Counted from the stretch's first letter, positions 1 to 9,682 are shown. The stretch is DNA of 64,000 nt from an uncultured bacterium (GCA_902799385.1 CADCAK010000020.1:33771-97770); one strand, 5' to 3'. The notes: generated from the sequence alone by a model not told the origin. Numbers and translations: made by a program.

Positions 1-179
1 CGGCTCTTGAGGACGAGGCTTTTGCGGTCAGGCGAGACCTCCGTCTCGCGCTCAATGAACGCCGCCTCGCCGATGCCGAGAAATGCCGAGATGCGCGCGA
101 TCTCCGAGTCCGAGACGCGCACAATACCGTCCTTGATGCGGCAGCACGCCCCGCACATCCGGCATTTGAAGGCATTCAA
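1..179 (-). CDS. YkgJ-family Cys-cluster protein; N-terminal part only, gene continues past the window start
   Basis: My translation of the minus strand from TTG 177-179 gives MNAFKCRMCGACCRIKDGIVRVSDSEIARISAFLGIGEAAFIERE. The CxxCGxCC motif fits the zinc/iron-chelating YkgJ domain. Absent from the ORF track because it is truncated. Confidence 0.45.
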   Translation of the reverse strand, partial: MNAFKCRMCGACCRIKDGIVRVSDSEIARISAFLGIGEAAFIERETEVSPDRKSLVLKS

Positions 180-201
180 TATCCCGGCAGCGTTTGCCGG
201 A

Positions 202-1815
202 TTACTCGCCAAACTCGACCCTGAAGAACTGCTGCTCTGCATCTGTCGGAGCTGCCGCCTCAAGAGTAACCTTCACGGCGCTCGTCTTCTCCGCAAGCGT
301 AACGCCCTCGGTCATCGCCTCGGCCGTCTTGAGGTCGTCAAGCGAGTTGGCGCGGTAAACCTTCACCTGAGAAACGGCTACATCTGTGCCGCGCGATTCG
401 TTGGACATCTCCGCAAACGCGGTAATCGTCCACACATTGCCATCGCCCGCCTTCTTCGAAAACTTCGTCGTTACGGATTCGCCGGACTCATCAAACACCG
501 GATCGGGTACGGAAGCGCCGCCGCCCGCGCCAGCGACCGAAACGCCGTTTATCGTCACCGTCGCGCCGCCCGGAACCGTCACCTTGTATGTCTCGGACGA
601 GCCGACAATCTCGTCGCCATCCTCCGCCGTATAATCGCCTGTGGCGGTGTCCATATCCACCACACGCTTGAACGTAGCTGTGTAGGTTGTGTTCGAAACG
701 GCCGCCTCAAGCGCGGGCGTCCAACCAGTAAAGGTGTAGACATACGGAGCCGTCGCCGCCTTCGTGGGATCAGCATGTGACGGAGTTTGACCTTCATAGA
801 CGTTCGTCGTTTCGATTGTCTCACCCGCATCGTCTTTCCAGGTGATTTCAAACGCCTGGGGGCCCAAAGTCAAATACTCCAGCAAACGTCCGTCCACCGC
901 AAGCCCGAGAATATACGGTCCGTTGATGTCGGTAGGCTTCTTGACATAATATGTCTTCGTGCCGGTATTCCATTCCCCGTCGTAGAAATACTTCCCGACC
1001 GAGTTCCCGGCATTGAGGGCGTCAAGGCTCTCGTAGAGCGGAAGATCCTTTCCGTCCACGCCGTATGTCTGGGTGCCTTCGATCGCGCGGACCGAATAAA
1101 CATGGTTGAAGCCATAGTTGAAACTCACCTTTACCACGTCGCCCGCTTCCTCCGTGATGCTGACGCCGGGCGAATCCACAAATCCGCCTTCGTCGACAAA
1201 AATTCCGCCTGTAGGGTCGGTCCCGAACTGGTATTCGCGCAAGTTGGTGAGTCCATCATTGTCGTAATCGTCAGCTTTCCCACCTATGGTATCTCCATTA
1301 TAGGCATCGCAGTAAGGATTGATCAACTCGTCCGCCCACTTGTCATAAAGTCCGTCGGCATCGGTTGGATCGGCGTAAAACACGCCTATCGGCGCACTGT
1401 TGGCGCCGGACCATTTGATTGGCGGCAGAATTTTCGACGACCGGAAGACCTCTTTGCTCCCGGATTTGACGACAAGCGTAAGCTGTTCGCCTGGCACCGC
1501 GTAGTGGGCTGCCGGATTGTCGACATCGGAGAAGGTACAGACAGAGAGCATGTAATTGCACCCGTTACTGATGGTGCGGTTGCCGGAAACCGACTGTGTG
1601 TATATCTGCTCGCCAGCCGCATTGTATACCTCGAATGTGTAGTAGTCTGTGACATTGCCACCGTCATTATAACCTATTGCGTACCCATATTGGTCGCGCA
1701 AAACGAGTGTGTAATTGTACGCACCTTGAATACCCACCGCCTGCGCCGAAGGCGCAAGTATGCACATGGCAAGTCCAGCGGCTACTGTTGTTACTGTTTT
1801 TCTAATGTTCATCAT
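202..1815 (-). CDS. secreted protein with an InlB B-repeat (YxFxGW) and a TSP3-like DxDxDG calcium-binding motif
   Basis: ORF 202..1911, trimmed to MMNIRKTVTTVAAGLAMCILAPSAQA (signal peptide, AxA site). Contains the motifs YVYTFTGWTP and DDYDNDGLTNLREYQFGTDP. Confidence 0.7.
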   Translation of the reverse strand: MMNIRKTVTTVAAGLAMCILAPSAQAVGIQGAYNYTLVLRDQYGYAIGYNDGGNVTDYYTFEVYNAAGEQIYTQSVSGNRTISNGCNYMLSVCTFSDVDNPAAHYAVPGEQLTLVVKSGSKEVFRSSKILPPIKWSGANSAPIGVFYADPTDADGLYDKWADELINPYCDAYNGDTIGGKADDYDNDGLTNLREYQFGTDPTGGIFVDEGGFVDSPGVSITEEAGDVVKVSFNYGFNHVYSVRAIEGTQTYGVDGKDLPLYESLDALNAGNSVGKYFYDGEWNTGTKTYYVKKPTDINGPYILGLAVDGRLLEYLTLGPQAFEITWKDDAGETIETTNVYEGQTPSHADPTKAATAPYVYTFTGWTPALEAAVSNTTYTATFKRVVDMDTATGDYTAEDGDEIVGSSETYKVTVPGGATVTINGVSVAGAGGGASVPDPVFDESGESVTTKFSKKAGDGNVWTITAFAEMSNESRGTDVAVSQVKVYRANSLDDLKTAEAMTEGVTLAEKTSAVKVTLEAAAPTDAEQQFFRVEFGE

Positions 1816-1977
1816 CTTCTCTTTCGTTTCCTTATTTCTGGTTTCAGTAATCTGCACGGCACACCATGCGCCGCACAAAATCGAATTTACGTGAAAACGC
1901 GCCCGCGGCACACTGCTTCGGCGACGAACTGTCTTCTGTAATGCTCACACTGACGCTCCTTTCTTGGCAAGACGCAT

Positions 1978-1986
1978 ATTATACCA
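1978..1986 (-). promoter_or_regulatory. extended -10 element TGGTATAAT
   Basis: Plus strand reads attatacca. It lies about 160 nt upstream of ATG 1815, so a long leader is implied. Confidence 0.4.
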
Positions 1987-1996
1987 TATCTCGCCG

Positions 1997-2065
1997 TTAC
2001 ATTCTCAACAACATACCGCGACAGTTCATAGGCGAGAAGAACGCCATTCGTGCAAAAGGTTTCAT
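1997..2065 (-). other. decayed MKPFAR leader-module ORF (22 codons)
   Basis: ATGAAACCTTTTGCACGAATG preceded by AAGAAAGGATCACCCC. Same module as at 16914 and 18504, but it lies upstream of the promoter. Confidence 0.3.
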
Positions 2066-2121
2066 GGGGTGATCCTTTCTTATTAAATGTAGAAATGTGA
2101 AAGTGCTGCCAATACCAATCC

Positions 2122-3433
2122 CTATTTCCAATTGGAACCGGCAACATTGTCATTGGCAACATTTCCACATTGGCAACATTTCCCTTTCGCCTCCCGCACA
2201 AGGCGCTTCAACTGACAGACCATATACATAGGAAGCGACAAGAGAGAATATCTACTTTTGCGGCCAAGGCTGTCGGCGGCCTCGGCATTTGGAAGCAGCG
2301 AAGGCTCGTCCATATTGAAGCGGACGGCAAAATCACGTTTCTTCTCGTTCAGGAAGAAGTTCAACGACTTGAGGCTGCCGGTCGCGCCACTCTTTACCTC
2401 AACCGGTATGATGTCGCCCCCCATCTGGATGACGTAATCGACCTCAGCTGAAGAATTTCTCGCCTCGCGCATCCAGCAATACGCCGCTGGCGTTTCGTAT
2501 TCCCTGCCGGAATAAAGTAGATGCTGCCCGACGAACTGCTCGCAAATCTCGCCTTTGCGAAGTGTGGCAAACCTTGGCGACGATGCGGGCAAGCTCCAAG
2601 CGCGAAAACGCCTTGGAAAGATCGTTCGACTTTACTCCGGGATCGATATGCGAATAGATGAGCTTGCGCCCCAACTGGCTCGGCACAGACAAAAATACTT
2701 TCTGCAAAAGTTCCGCATTGGCCCGTCTGCCGTACTTCGGGAAGTCGTCGTGATAGGTCGACAATATCGCATCCTGCTCGCGCTGCGCATCGTCGAGGCC
2801 GCTTTCGATATAGGCTTTTACGGCCGCCGGCATCCCACCCACCACAAGATAGCGCCTAAGCCACAGCGACAATTCCTTGTGCAGCGCCTCCGGCATGTCG
2901 TCGCCAACGGAATACCTGCCAATGAAGTTGACAAGTCCCGTCTTGCCCGCCGCCAAGAGAAATTCATCGAAGTCAAGCGGAGCAAGATACATGTATTCAA
3001 TCCGGCCTACCGGCATCGGGAACGCCTTGTCGGGATTTTGCGTCGCGGCAGAAAGCATGAACTCCAAAAGCGATCCTGCCGCAATCACATGAAGCCCGGG
3101 GCGTTTCTCGTAGAAATATCTAAGCGATTCGAACACATAAGGCTCCGCCGCCTGCAATTCATCAAGGAAAAGAAGCGTCTCGCCATCCTTTACGGGCACG
3201 GAAAACCGAGAATTCAAAAGTTCGCAAATGACGTTCGGGTTTTTAGACTCGAAAAACTTGACAAATGACGCATCCTCCTCAAAGTTGACCTCAATGAAAT
3301 GCTTGAAGCACTTGCGGGCAAACTCCCTCACCAAATAGGTTTTTCCAACCTGCCTCGCACCCCTCAAGATTAAAGGATGGCGGGTCGCACGTTCCTTCCA
3401 ATTCTTCAGGCTTTCTTCAAGTTTTCTCTCCAT
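2122..3433 (-). pseudogene. AAA+ ATPase with DUF4143/PD-(D/E)xK-like C-terminus (COG1373 type), disrupted by an internal deletion plus frameshift
   Basis: ORF 2444..3433 carries Walker A (GARQVGKT), Walker B (LLFLDELQ) and GGMPAAV. ORF 2122..2592 carries the C-terminus (EVDYVIQ...PVEVKSG). The frames switch near 2558, and about 43 codons present in paralogs 14719..16056 and 20636..21973 are missing. Confidence 0.8.
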
Positions 3434-3463
3434 TACAACCTTCCTTTCGTTTCACCGGTACAT

Positions 3464-3472
3464 ATTATATCA
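3464..3472 (-). promoter_or_regulatory. extended -10 element TGATATAAT
   Basis: Lies 31 nt upstream of ATG 3433. Confidence 0.55.
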
Positions 3473-3532
3473 TATATTTAAGACAGAAAACAAGGGTGTT
3501 TATATATTTAATCAGACAAAAGACAAGGTAGT

Positions 3533-3718
3533 TCAACCACCAACCACAACGGAATCCAAGGTTGAATACCCCAACCAGACTGTTCCAATGGCAATTCCGA
3601 ACTTCCTCCTGTGCATGGCACTGCGAATCGCAATCCAAGCTGGCAAGACAAAAAGCACGAGTCCGGCACAGGGAATCAAAAGAGGTTTGACTATACAATC
3701 TATACAATCAATTGACAT
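3533..3718 (-). CDS. small hydrophobic protein (61 aa)
   Basis: Internal ATG of ORF 3533..3949: MSIDCIDCIVKPLLIPCAGLVLFVLPAWIAI. It starts 5 nt after the upstream stop. Two predicted hydrophobic helices. Confidence 0.3.
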   Translation of the reverse strand: MSIDCIDCIVKPLLIPCAGLVLFVLPAWIAIRSAMHRRKFGIAIGTVWLGYSTLDSVVVGG

Positions 3719-3722
3719 TATT

Positions 3723-3998
3723 TTACCCCAGACCCGGTAGTCGAATCTTTTCCTTGCCGCACCCAGATGAGCTTGCCCATATCGTATCCCCGCCGCCGCG
3801 CTTGTACTCCGATACGTCGGAAACGTTCCGTGATGCATAGAAATCGAGCGTCCACTTTCCGCCCTCGTCCGTCGATTCCTTCGGCCAATGCCCCTCGGCA
3901 TGATAGACGCGCTCGGCATAGAACGCCGTCCGCGTCTTGCACCCCACAACCGCGACCATCGCCGCGAACATAATGATTCTCAATCTCCGCTTCTTCAT
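3723..3998 (-). CDS. small lipoprotein
   Basis: MKKRRLRIIMFAAMVAVVGC has a lipobox. SD AAAGGAGAAGG lies upstream. Confidence 0.55.
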   Translation of the reverse strand: MKKRRLRIIMFAAMVAVVGCKTRTAFYAERVYHAEGHWPKESTDEGGKWTLDFYASRNVSDVSEYKRGGGDTIWASSSGCGKEKIRLPGLG

Positions 3999-4034
3999 CC
4001 TTCTCCTTTCGCTTGTCGCCGCCGCATGGCGCGA

Positions 4035-4496
4035 TTACAGGCTTTTCAAAAGCGCCGTGCAGCCTTCGAGGACGTCGGCGTATGTCTCGTCGAAGTTGTC
4101 GGTGTACCACGGATCGGCGATATCGCGTTCCGAACCGGCGAACGACAGGAGCTTTCTGATCTTCCCAGCTTCCTCCGGAAACACAAGCCGCCGAAGATCG
4201 GCGATATTATAGTCGTCCATTCCTATGAGCAGGTCGTATTCCCTCGCCTTCGCGGCATTCAGAAGCCATGCGCGACGCGGCGCGAACGGGATTCCCTCTG
4301 CCTGCAGCTTGCGGCGCGTGCCGTAATGGATATCGTTGCCGATCTCGTCTGTGTGCAGCGCGGCGGACTCGACCTCGATGTCGTCGCGCCCCGCCCTTCT
4401 GACGAGTTCCTTCATCACGAACTCCGCCATAGGCGACCGACATATGTTCCCGTGGCACAGGAACAGTATCTTCATCTTGTCATCGGTGTCTTTCAC
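4035..4496 (-). CDS. low-molecular-weight protein-tyrosine phosphatase
   Basis: P-loop motif CHGNICRSP and DPWY. GTG start with SD GGAGGGG; GTGA overlap with the upstream stop. Confidence 0.9.
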   Translation of the reverse strand: MKDTDDKMKILFLCHGNICRSPMAEFVMKELVRRAGRDDIEVESAALHTDEIGNDIHYGTRRKLQAEGIPFAPRRAWLLNAAKAREYDLLIGMDDYNIADLRRLVFPEEAGKIRKLLSFAGSERDIADPWYTDNFDETYADVLEGCTALLKSL

Positions 4497-5722
4497 TGTA
4501 CAACCCCTCCGTGAAACTCATCCAACAATTTCGGTGCCTGCCGGGCGAGGTGCCACCGCACCAGCGACTCGAGTCGGTCGTATGGGAATTCCCCTTCTCT
4601 CATCCACTTAGCGAGAAACGCGCCGAGCCATGCGGCCTCGCCTGTGCCGCTTCCGAAGTCAGGATCGTCTTCAATCCAACGTTCGAACTTCTCCAGCAGC
4701 TTCTTCTGCACCCTGGCGCTCTGCGACTTCCAACATGCGACAAAGAGCCCGTCTCGGCCGTCTTCGGGCACGATGTCAAGAAGTCGGCGGATCTGCGCGT
4801 CCGCGCCCTTCACCGATCCAAGATAGGAGAGAAGGAGTCCGTTGCTTCCATAGGAACTCCAATCCGTCTTAGCGATGATGCGCCCCATACGCGCACGCAC
4901 AAGTGTTCCTCTCTCCGCCAACAGACGCGCCAGCTGCAAGGCGAGGTCGAAGTGATAAAGAGAGCGGAAGTCGATGAAGCTTTCAAGCAGGAACTTGGCA
5001 TCCTCGTCGTCAATGTCGCCGAAAATGTAGGGCGCGTCCATCCCCCACTGCACAAGCGCGTCGAGGCTGATTGTCGAGGTGCCGCCGTCCCTGTAGCACT
5101 TGGGCCGACCGTAGCCGAGCGGCGCTGACGCCCTGCCGACAATCTGGACGCAGAGCCGCACAAGCCTTTCGTCCGGCTCGGACTTCGCGTCCTTCGGCGC
5201 GGCAAGCCTCATGTCAAAGAAATCTGTGCCTTCATGCGCAAGGAGCGACACCTTGTTTCCCAACCCGCCGCCGTAGCCGGTGAGGCTGCCGTCCGCGCCG
5301 ATGACGCGGTGGCACGGAATGATGATGCAGATTGGATTCCACCCAACCGCGCCGCCGACAGCCTGTGCCGAAACCCTGCCCCCGCGCTTTTTCTCAATCG
5401 CCTTCGCGATGTCGCCGTACGAGACCGTGGCTCCGTACGGGATTCGCAGCATTTCGTCGATGACCGCCTGACGAAACGGCGTCAATCCTTCAATGCGATA
5501 TTTGGGCACAAAGCCGGGATCATGCCCCGCGAAATACTCGTCGAGCCAGCGACACGTGTCGCGGAACACTGGCGTCTCTCGCCACTCGCACCCACGCGCC
5601 TCGTGCACATCATCGCGCGAGTCCTCAAACCAAAGCCCAGTCAGCGCCTCGACGTCCCCACACATCACGAGATCGTCGAATCCTTCTGGCGTCTTGTATT
5701 TCCAACTGTATTCCATATGCAT
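4493..5722 (-). CDS. ogt: methylated-DNA-protein-cysteine methyltransferase (MGMT/Ogt) fused to a ~230-aa C-terminal domain of unknown function
   Basis: Active-site motif IIPCHRVIG within the first ~180 aa. The remainder (FDMRLAAPKD...LDEFHGGVVQ) has no motif I recognise. Start trimmed to ATG 5722, just after the mpg stop. Confidence 0.8.
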   Translation of the reverse strand: MHMEYSWKYKTPEGFDDLVMCGDVEALTGLWFEDSRDDVHEARGCEWRETPVFRDTCRWLDEYFAGHDPGFVPKYRIEGLTPFRQAVIDEMLRIPYGATVSYGDIAKAIEKKRGGRVSAQAVGGAVGWNPICIIIPCHRVIGADGSLTGYGGGLGNKVSLLAHEGTDFFDMRLAAPKDAKSEPDERLVRLCVQIVGRASAPLGYGRPKCYRDGGTSTISLDALVQWGMDAPYIFGDIDDEDAKFLLESFIDFRSLYHFDLALQLARLLAERGTLVRARMGRIIAKTDWSSYGSNGLLLSYLGSVKGADAQIRRLLDIVPEDGRDGLFVACWKSQSARVQKKLLEKFERWIEDDPDFGSGTGEAAWLGAFLAKWMREGEFPYDRLESLVRWHLARQAPKLLDEFHGGVVQ

Positions 5723-5724
5723 CC

Positions 5725-6276
5725 CTATTTGCAAAGTGTCCAGCGCCACTTGCGATTCTGATCGCGTTTGGAAGCGTATGCGATGCCGATGCGCGGGGCG
5801 GAGGCGAACTTGACGCGCGCGCCTTCGCTTTCAAGCCAAAGGCGATTCGAGAGAACGAGGTCTTCGCGGTTGAGCGAGCGGTCGATTTTGAGAAGCTTCG
5901 TCAACCGTCCGGGGCCTTCCGCGCCTTCCACGCCACGGATGAGCACCGCCTCGGGACATCCTTCCGGCCCCGTCACGACATTCAGCATTTCGTGCATCCC
6001 GTAGCAGAGGTAGATGTAGGCGCAGCCGCCAGGCGAGTACATCACGTCCGTACGCGCCGTGCGCCCCTTGTGCGCATGGCAGGCCGTGTCCTCCTCGCCG
6101 CAGTACGCCTCCGTCTCGGTGATGCGCCGACGAATGACGGCCCCATCCTCCATCCGACGGCAAAGCCACGCGCCGACAAGCGCCTTTGCCGCCGTAACCG
6201 CGTCAACCGCATAATCTTCTGCCATCAACCTACGCATCATTTCTCCTTCGGACAATCCTTGCTCAACGGCAGTCAT
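5725..6276 (-). CDS. mpg: DNA-3-methyladenine glycosylase (Mpg/AAG family)
   Basis: ITETEAYCGEEDTACHAHKGRT...YIYLCYGMHEMLNVV. ATG 6274-6276 overlaps the TGA of the upstream ATPase fragment (ATGA). Confidence 0.85.
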   Translation of the reverse strand: MTAVEQGLSEGEMMRRLMAEDYAVDAVTAAKALVGAWLCRRMEDGAVIRRRITETEAYCGEEDTACHAHKGRTARTDVMYSPGGCAYIYLCYGMHEMLNVVTGPEGCPEAVLIRGVEGAEGPGRLTKLLKIDRSLNREDLVLSNRLWLESEGARVKFASAPRIGIAYASKRDQNRKWRWTLCK

Positions 6277-7566
6277 GCAAGCAGCCACTTCCATGCCGGC
6301 ACGATGCGAATGCCGTCGGACTCGCCTTCGTCGTCCCACGTCACAATCGTGCAGTCGCGTATTCCCGTCTCGTCGCGGGCGAGCTTCAGCGCATTCATCT
6401 CACGGCCAAATGTAGCCGCATCAGACATAGCGTATGAAACCTGAATCAGGCTCTCCTTGCGCGACACTTTGTCGTGAACATGGAAATCAACCTCGGTTCC
6501 GTCGTCGTTGGCAATATAGGAGATCTTGCCACCCTTGCGTCGCAACGACATATAGACGATTCTCAAGCATCCATCCCCGCTCGGCGTCGTTCTTCACGCA
6601 CATCGCGCGAATCAGCCCAGGATCCACCAGATAGTATTTGTCCGGGTTCACTCGCTTTACCGCAAGCGAATCTGAAAGAACAGATACGGAATAGGAGAGA
6701 TATGCATCCTTAAACCAGTCAAGATAGTCCGCAATGCTCTCGCGGTTTGCCGGCAGGGAAAGATTCTTCAGGACGCCGGAGATGCTTCGCGTGGACGTTT
6801 TGCGCGCGTAGTTATGGAAAAGATACTCCAAAGTGTACTTGAGCACCTGAACGCTCGGCACGGAATGGCGTTCTATGATGTCCCTGTAGATTACGGCATC
6901 GACATACCCCTGGAGCATAGATGCGCGCATCCCGTCGGAAACATCCTGCACATCGGGAAATCCTCCGCGTTCCATGTAGTCCGACATCGCCCTGCGCATG
7001 AGCCCCTTCTCCCGTGCCGTGAACCCAGCGCGTGGAATCTTCTTGAACACTCCGTTGAACCTAAGATATTCCGGGAAAGACAGCGGGAACACCTCTATTG
7101 GAAGCGAACGGCCGCGCATCTGCGTAGCAATCTCTTCTGAAAGCAGCTTTGAGGACGAGCCTGTGAGGCAAAGCTGCACGTTTGGCGAATCAACAAGCCG
7201 CCGAGCGTATGACTCCCATCCTTTGATGTTCTGAAGCTCGTCAAGAAAATACCATGTCTTGCCGTCGGCAAATTCAGGATAGAGCTCGGCATGGATTTCT
7301 CCAATCAGGCGCAAATCGTCTACCTTCAGCCCCGACAGCCGCTCGTCCTCGAAATTGACATGAACTATCCGTCCCAGAGGAATGCCGTCATCCAGAAGCC
7401 GTTTCATGCGTCCATAGGCAAGGAAGGTCTTGCCTGTTCGACGCATACCCTTTATCACCGTCGAAGCACGCAACTTCTCGGCATATTCCACATCACGCGA
7501 GACGATTCCGCCTGGAACCCCATCGTGATAGAATTCGCGCATTACAGACATCAACTCTTCTTTCAC
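6273..7566 (-). pseudogene. AAA+ ATPase/DUF4143 (COG1373 type) with a single-nucleotide frameshift
   Basis: ORF 6487..7566 (GMRRTGKT, WYFLDELQ) continues in another frame as ORF 6273..6566. The junction is ...ERGWMLEN / (I)VYMSLRRKGG near 6555-6570. No homopolymer or slippery run at the site. Confidence 0.75.
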
Positions 7567-7599
7567 ACCAAACCCTCCTTACGGCTTCTTTTGGCGACC

Positions 7600-7608
7600 A
7601 TTATACCA
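7600..7608 (-). promoter_or_regulatory. extended -10 element TGGTATAAT
   Basis: Lies 34 nt upstream of ATG 7566. Confidence 0.55.
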
Positions 7609-7733
7609 AACGCCATTAATATTGGCAAGTGTGCCTTGCCAATATTGTATAAAATTGGCAAGGCGCGACACACCATCCTAGTGCATGTATCATTTGCTTT
7701 TTCACAAGTTCGTTCCTTTCGAATTTCTTTTTT

Positions 7734-7938
7734 GACAGGATTTACAGGATTAACAGGATTGTTTTTTAAGCAGGTAGAGCAGGAGATGCAGGAGAGTTTA
7801 GGTCCGCCTTCGGCGGGGTTTGGGGGCAACCCCAGTCTTCCTCCTGCTTCTCCTGTTCTCCATGCCAAAAACCATCTTCTGTATCTCCTGTTCTCCATGC
7901 TAAAATCCTGTTAATGTGGCGCACCTTGTTAATCCTGT
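7734..7938. repeat. palindromic MITE-like element; its arms are built of RACAGGATT 9-mers
   Basis: Left arm GACAGGATTTACAGGATTAACAGGATT...AGCAGGTAGAGCAGGAGA. Central GC hairpin. Right arm TCTCCTGTTCTCCATGCTAAAATCCTGTTAAT...AATCCTGTC. A second copy lies at 54939-55072. Confidence 0.75.
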
Positions 7939-7977
7939 CTAAAAACCTTCCCGCGACAATCCGCGCAAATATCTTGT

Positions 7978-8175
7978 TTAATGTTGCCATTGTGGAAGTG
8001 TTGCCAATTCCAATGTTGCCAATTTCCAACTGGTCCGCCGTAGCCTTGGCGTAGGCGAATTGGTAATCGGTATTGGTAATGGCAACACTTTTTCACATCT
8101 TGACCTCGGTAGCCTCGGCGAAGGAGGTTGGCAACATTCTCCCCCGGCCCGCGCAAATGTCATTCGAGTATTCAT
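7978..8175 (-). other. repeat-derived ORF opened by the MNTRMTFARAGG module and running through CCAAT/TTGCCAAT-rich filler
   Basis: ATGAATACTCGAATGACATTTGCGCGGGCC at 8175. Downstream it reads ...WKLATLELATLPQWQH*. Composed entirely of modules seen elsewhere in the window. Confidence 0.3.
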
Positions 8176-8210
8176 GTGTTCGTTTCCTTTCGATTGCATT
8201 GTTGGAGATA

Positions 8211-8573
8211 TCAAGTTTTCCCCAATGAAAACATGACAAAGCCACCTAAACAGGCCAGCACATGAAACAGCAAAAGCAGCGCAAGGCAAATGTTGACGGT
8301 CTTTTTACTGCTCGACAGCAAGCACATTCCAACAAGCGTAAAATATGCAATATACAATGAAGCACACAGCCAGAAAAACACTAAACCCTCGCCTATCACT
8401 CGACCCAACAATAATACATCGACCGCATAAACCAAAAACACAGGTGCCAAGGCGAACATCGCCAGTGCAATCTTGAAAAAATGGCTGGCATCCACAAACA
8501 AAGCGCTTATCAGCGACATTGCGCATCCCATCACCAGCACACACGCCAACCGCCCTTTTATGCCGAACTTCAT
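8211..8573 (-). CDS. small integral membrane protein (about 4 TM)
   Basis: Hydrophobic throughout. ATGA overlap with the upstream gene. Confidence 0.6.
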   Translation of the reverse strand: MKFGIKGRLACVLVMGCAMSLISALFVDASHFFKIALAMFALAPVFLVYAVDVLLLGRVIGEGLVFFWLCASLYIAYFTLVGMCLLSSSKKTVNICLALLLLFHVLACLGGFVMFSLGKT

Positions 8574-9682
8574 ACTTCCGCTCCTTTCTTAATCCTGTCA
8601 ATCATGTTAATCCTGTCTAAAAGGCCATCTCCTTTCACGATCAGTTTGAAATAGTCTTCGCATTCCTGTCCCTTGCAATTGAAGAGAAAGACAAGCCCCC
8701 ATCGTATGTGCTCGGAGTACATTGCTTTCGGAACCGTGAACGCGAAGCTGCCCGCATGAACCAATGCAGGGGAATCCGCTTCGTACACCGTCTCCTGGAT
8801 ATCCTTCTCCTGCGTGCCCGCCTCGCGTATCGCGCCGTCGGACTGGACGAGCAAGACCTTTAGTGCGTTCGGCGCGGAAGCGCCAGCGAATTCGTAACAG
8901 ACGCACATCTCCGCGCCAGTCCTCCACTTGCCGCCCGTGAACGTGACCTTGTAGTGCGGCTGAGCTGCCTCGCGCCTGACCATACGGACTACAAACGCCG
9001 CATAGGTACCTACCACCGCCACAGGCGAGACAATGAGAAAGCATTTGAACGCAAAAGGATCAGTGAAAAGTTGAAAGCCCTTAAGCCCGATTATGAGCCC
9101 AAGCGCTGCTATGCATCCCAGGAAGCCGCCGACCAATTTTGGAAGATCAAGATCGCGCGACCTTCTCAGGCAAACGGTCTGCTTGCCCCGCACGGTTGTC
9201 TTGCCCTTGAGAAATGGCCTTGCCAGCTCATGGACACCGATTAAAAAGACCAGCATTCCGATTAAGAAGAAAATCACAAACAAGATTATCGGAAGGACAT
9301 TGTGCATCACCAGCGCAAATACCCTGAAAAACATTGGAAGATTCGTATCGCCAGCTCTGGCATTCTCGGCCACCGTGCTGCAGACGCCGAGAACTCCCAA
9401 CAGGGCAAACATCGCACCCAATATGACAAACATGAACTTGCCCATCAACGAACCCGGTTTTGGCTTTTCGTCCCCTCTGGAGAACAGCATCGCGATACCT
9501 GATGCGACTACGACAACGCCGAGCGCCCAAAATCCGGAAAAGAACGTGTACATCATCCACCGTCCGTATGGATCAGGAACATCACTCTTGCCCACCCCCG
9601 AGCTACATGAAAAGAGCCACGTGATGACGGCAAGAATGCTGCACCAAACGATGCCGAACAAAAGAAGCGAAGCCTTCTTCAT
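8570..9682 (-). CDS. membrane protein (about 6 TM plus a soluble C-terminal domain) of unknown function
   Basis: MKKASLLLFGIVWCSILAV. The C-terminal 16 aa (LLDRINMIDRIKKGAEV) are encoded by the (RACAGGATT)3 repeat at 8589-8622. Confidence 0.65.
   Translation of the reverse strand: MKKASLLLFGIVWCSILAVITWLFSCSSGVGKSDVPDPYGRWMMYTFFSGFWALGVVVVASGIAMLFSRGDEKPKPGSLMGKFMFVILGAMFALLGVLGVCSTVAENARAGDTNLPMFFRVFALVMHNVLPIILFVIFFLIGMLVFLIGVHELARPFLKGKTTVRGKQTVCLRRSRDLDLPKLVGGFLGCIAALGLIIGLKGFQLFTDPFAFKCFLIVSPVAVVGTYAAFVVRMVRREAAQPHYKVTFTGGKWRTGAEMCVCYEFAGASAPNALKVLLVQSDGAIREAGTQEKDIQETVYEADSPALVHAGSFAFTVPKAMYSEHIRWGLVFLFNCKGQECEDYFKLIVKGDGLLDRINMIDRIKKGAEV

Noticed and set aside
787-1941. Long plus-strand ORFs antisense to minus-strand genes (787..1941, 10329..11984, 31684..32661, 42926..44176, 45974..47248, 47701..48729, 58062..58994 and many shorter ones)
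   Set aside because: They are Arg/Pro/Ala-rich, low-complexity translations with no motifs. They lie opposite genes that have clear family signatures. These are shadow ORFs of the kind expected in high-GC DNA.
2122-2200. Sigma-54 promoters in the TTGCCAAT/TGGCAAC-rich filler (also 7978-8060, 18345-18395, 19345-19395)
   Set aside because: The GG-N10-GC spacing of the -24/-12 consensus (TGGCAC-N5-TTGC) is not met in any copy I checked.
6540-6575. Programmed ribosomal frameshift in the second ATPase gene
   Set aside because: There is no slippery heptamer, homopolymer run or downstream stem at the frame change (GAGAATCGTCTATATG). A simple indel or sequencing error is more likely.
7734-8625. CRISPR array suggested by the repeated AATCCTGTC units
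   Set aside because: The units are 9 bp and directly abutting, with no spacers. They form inverted arms of a palindromic element. No cas genes are present.
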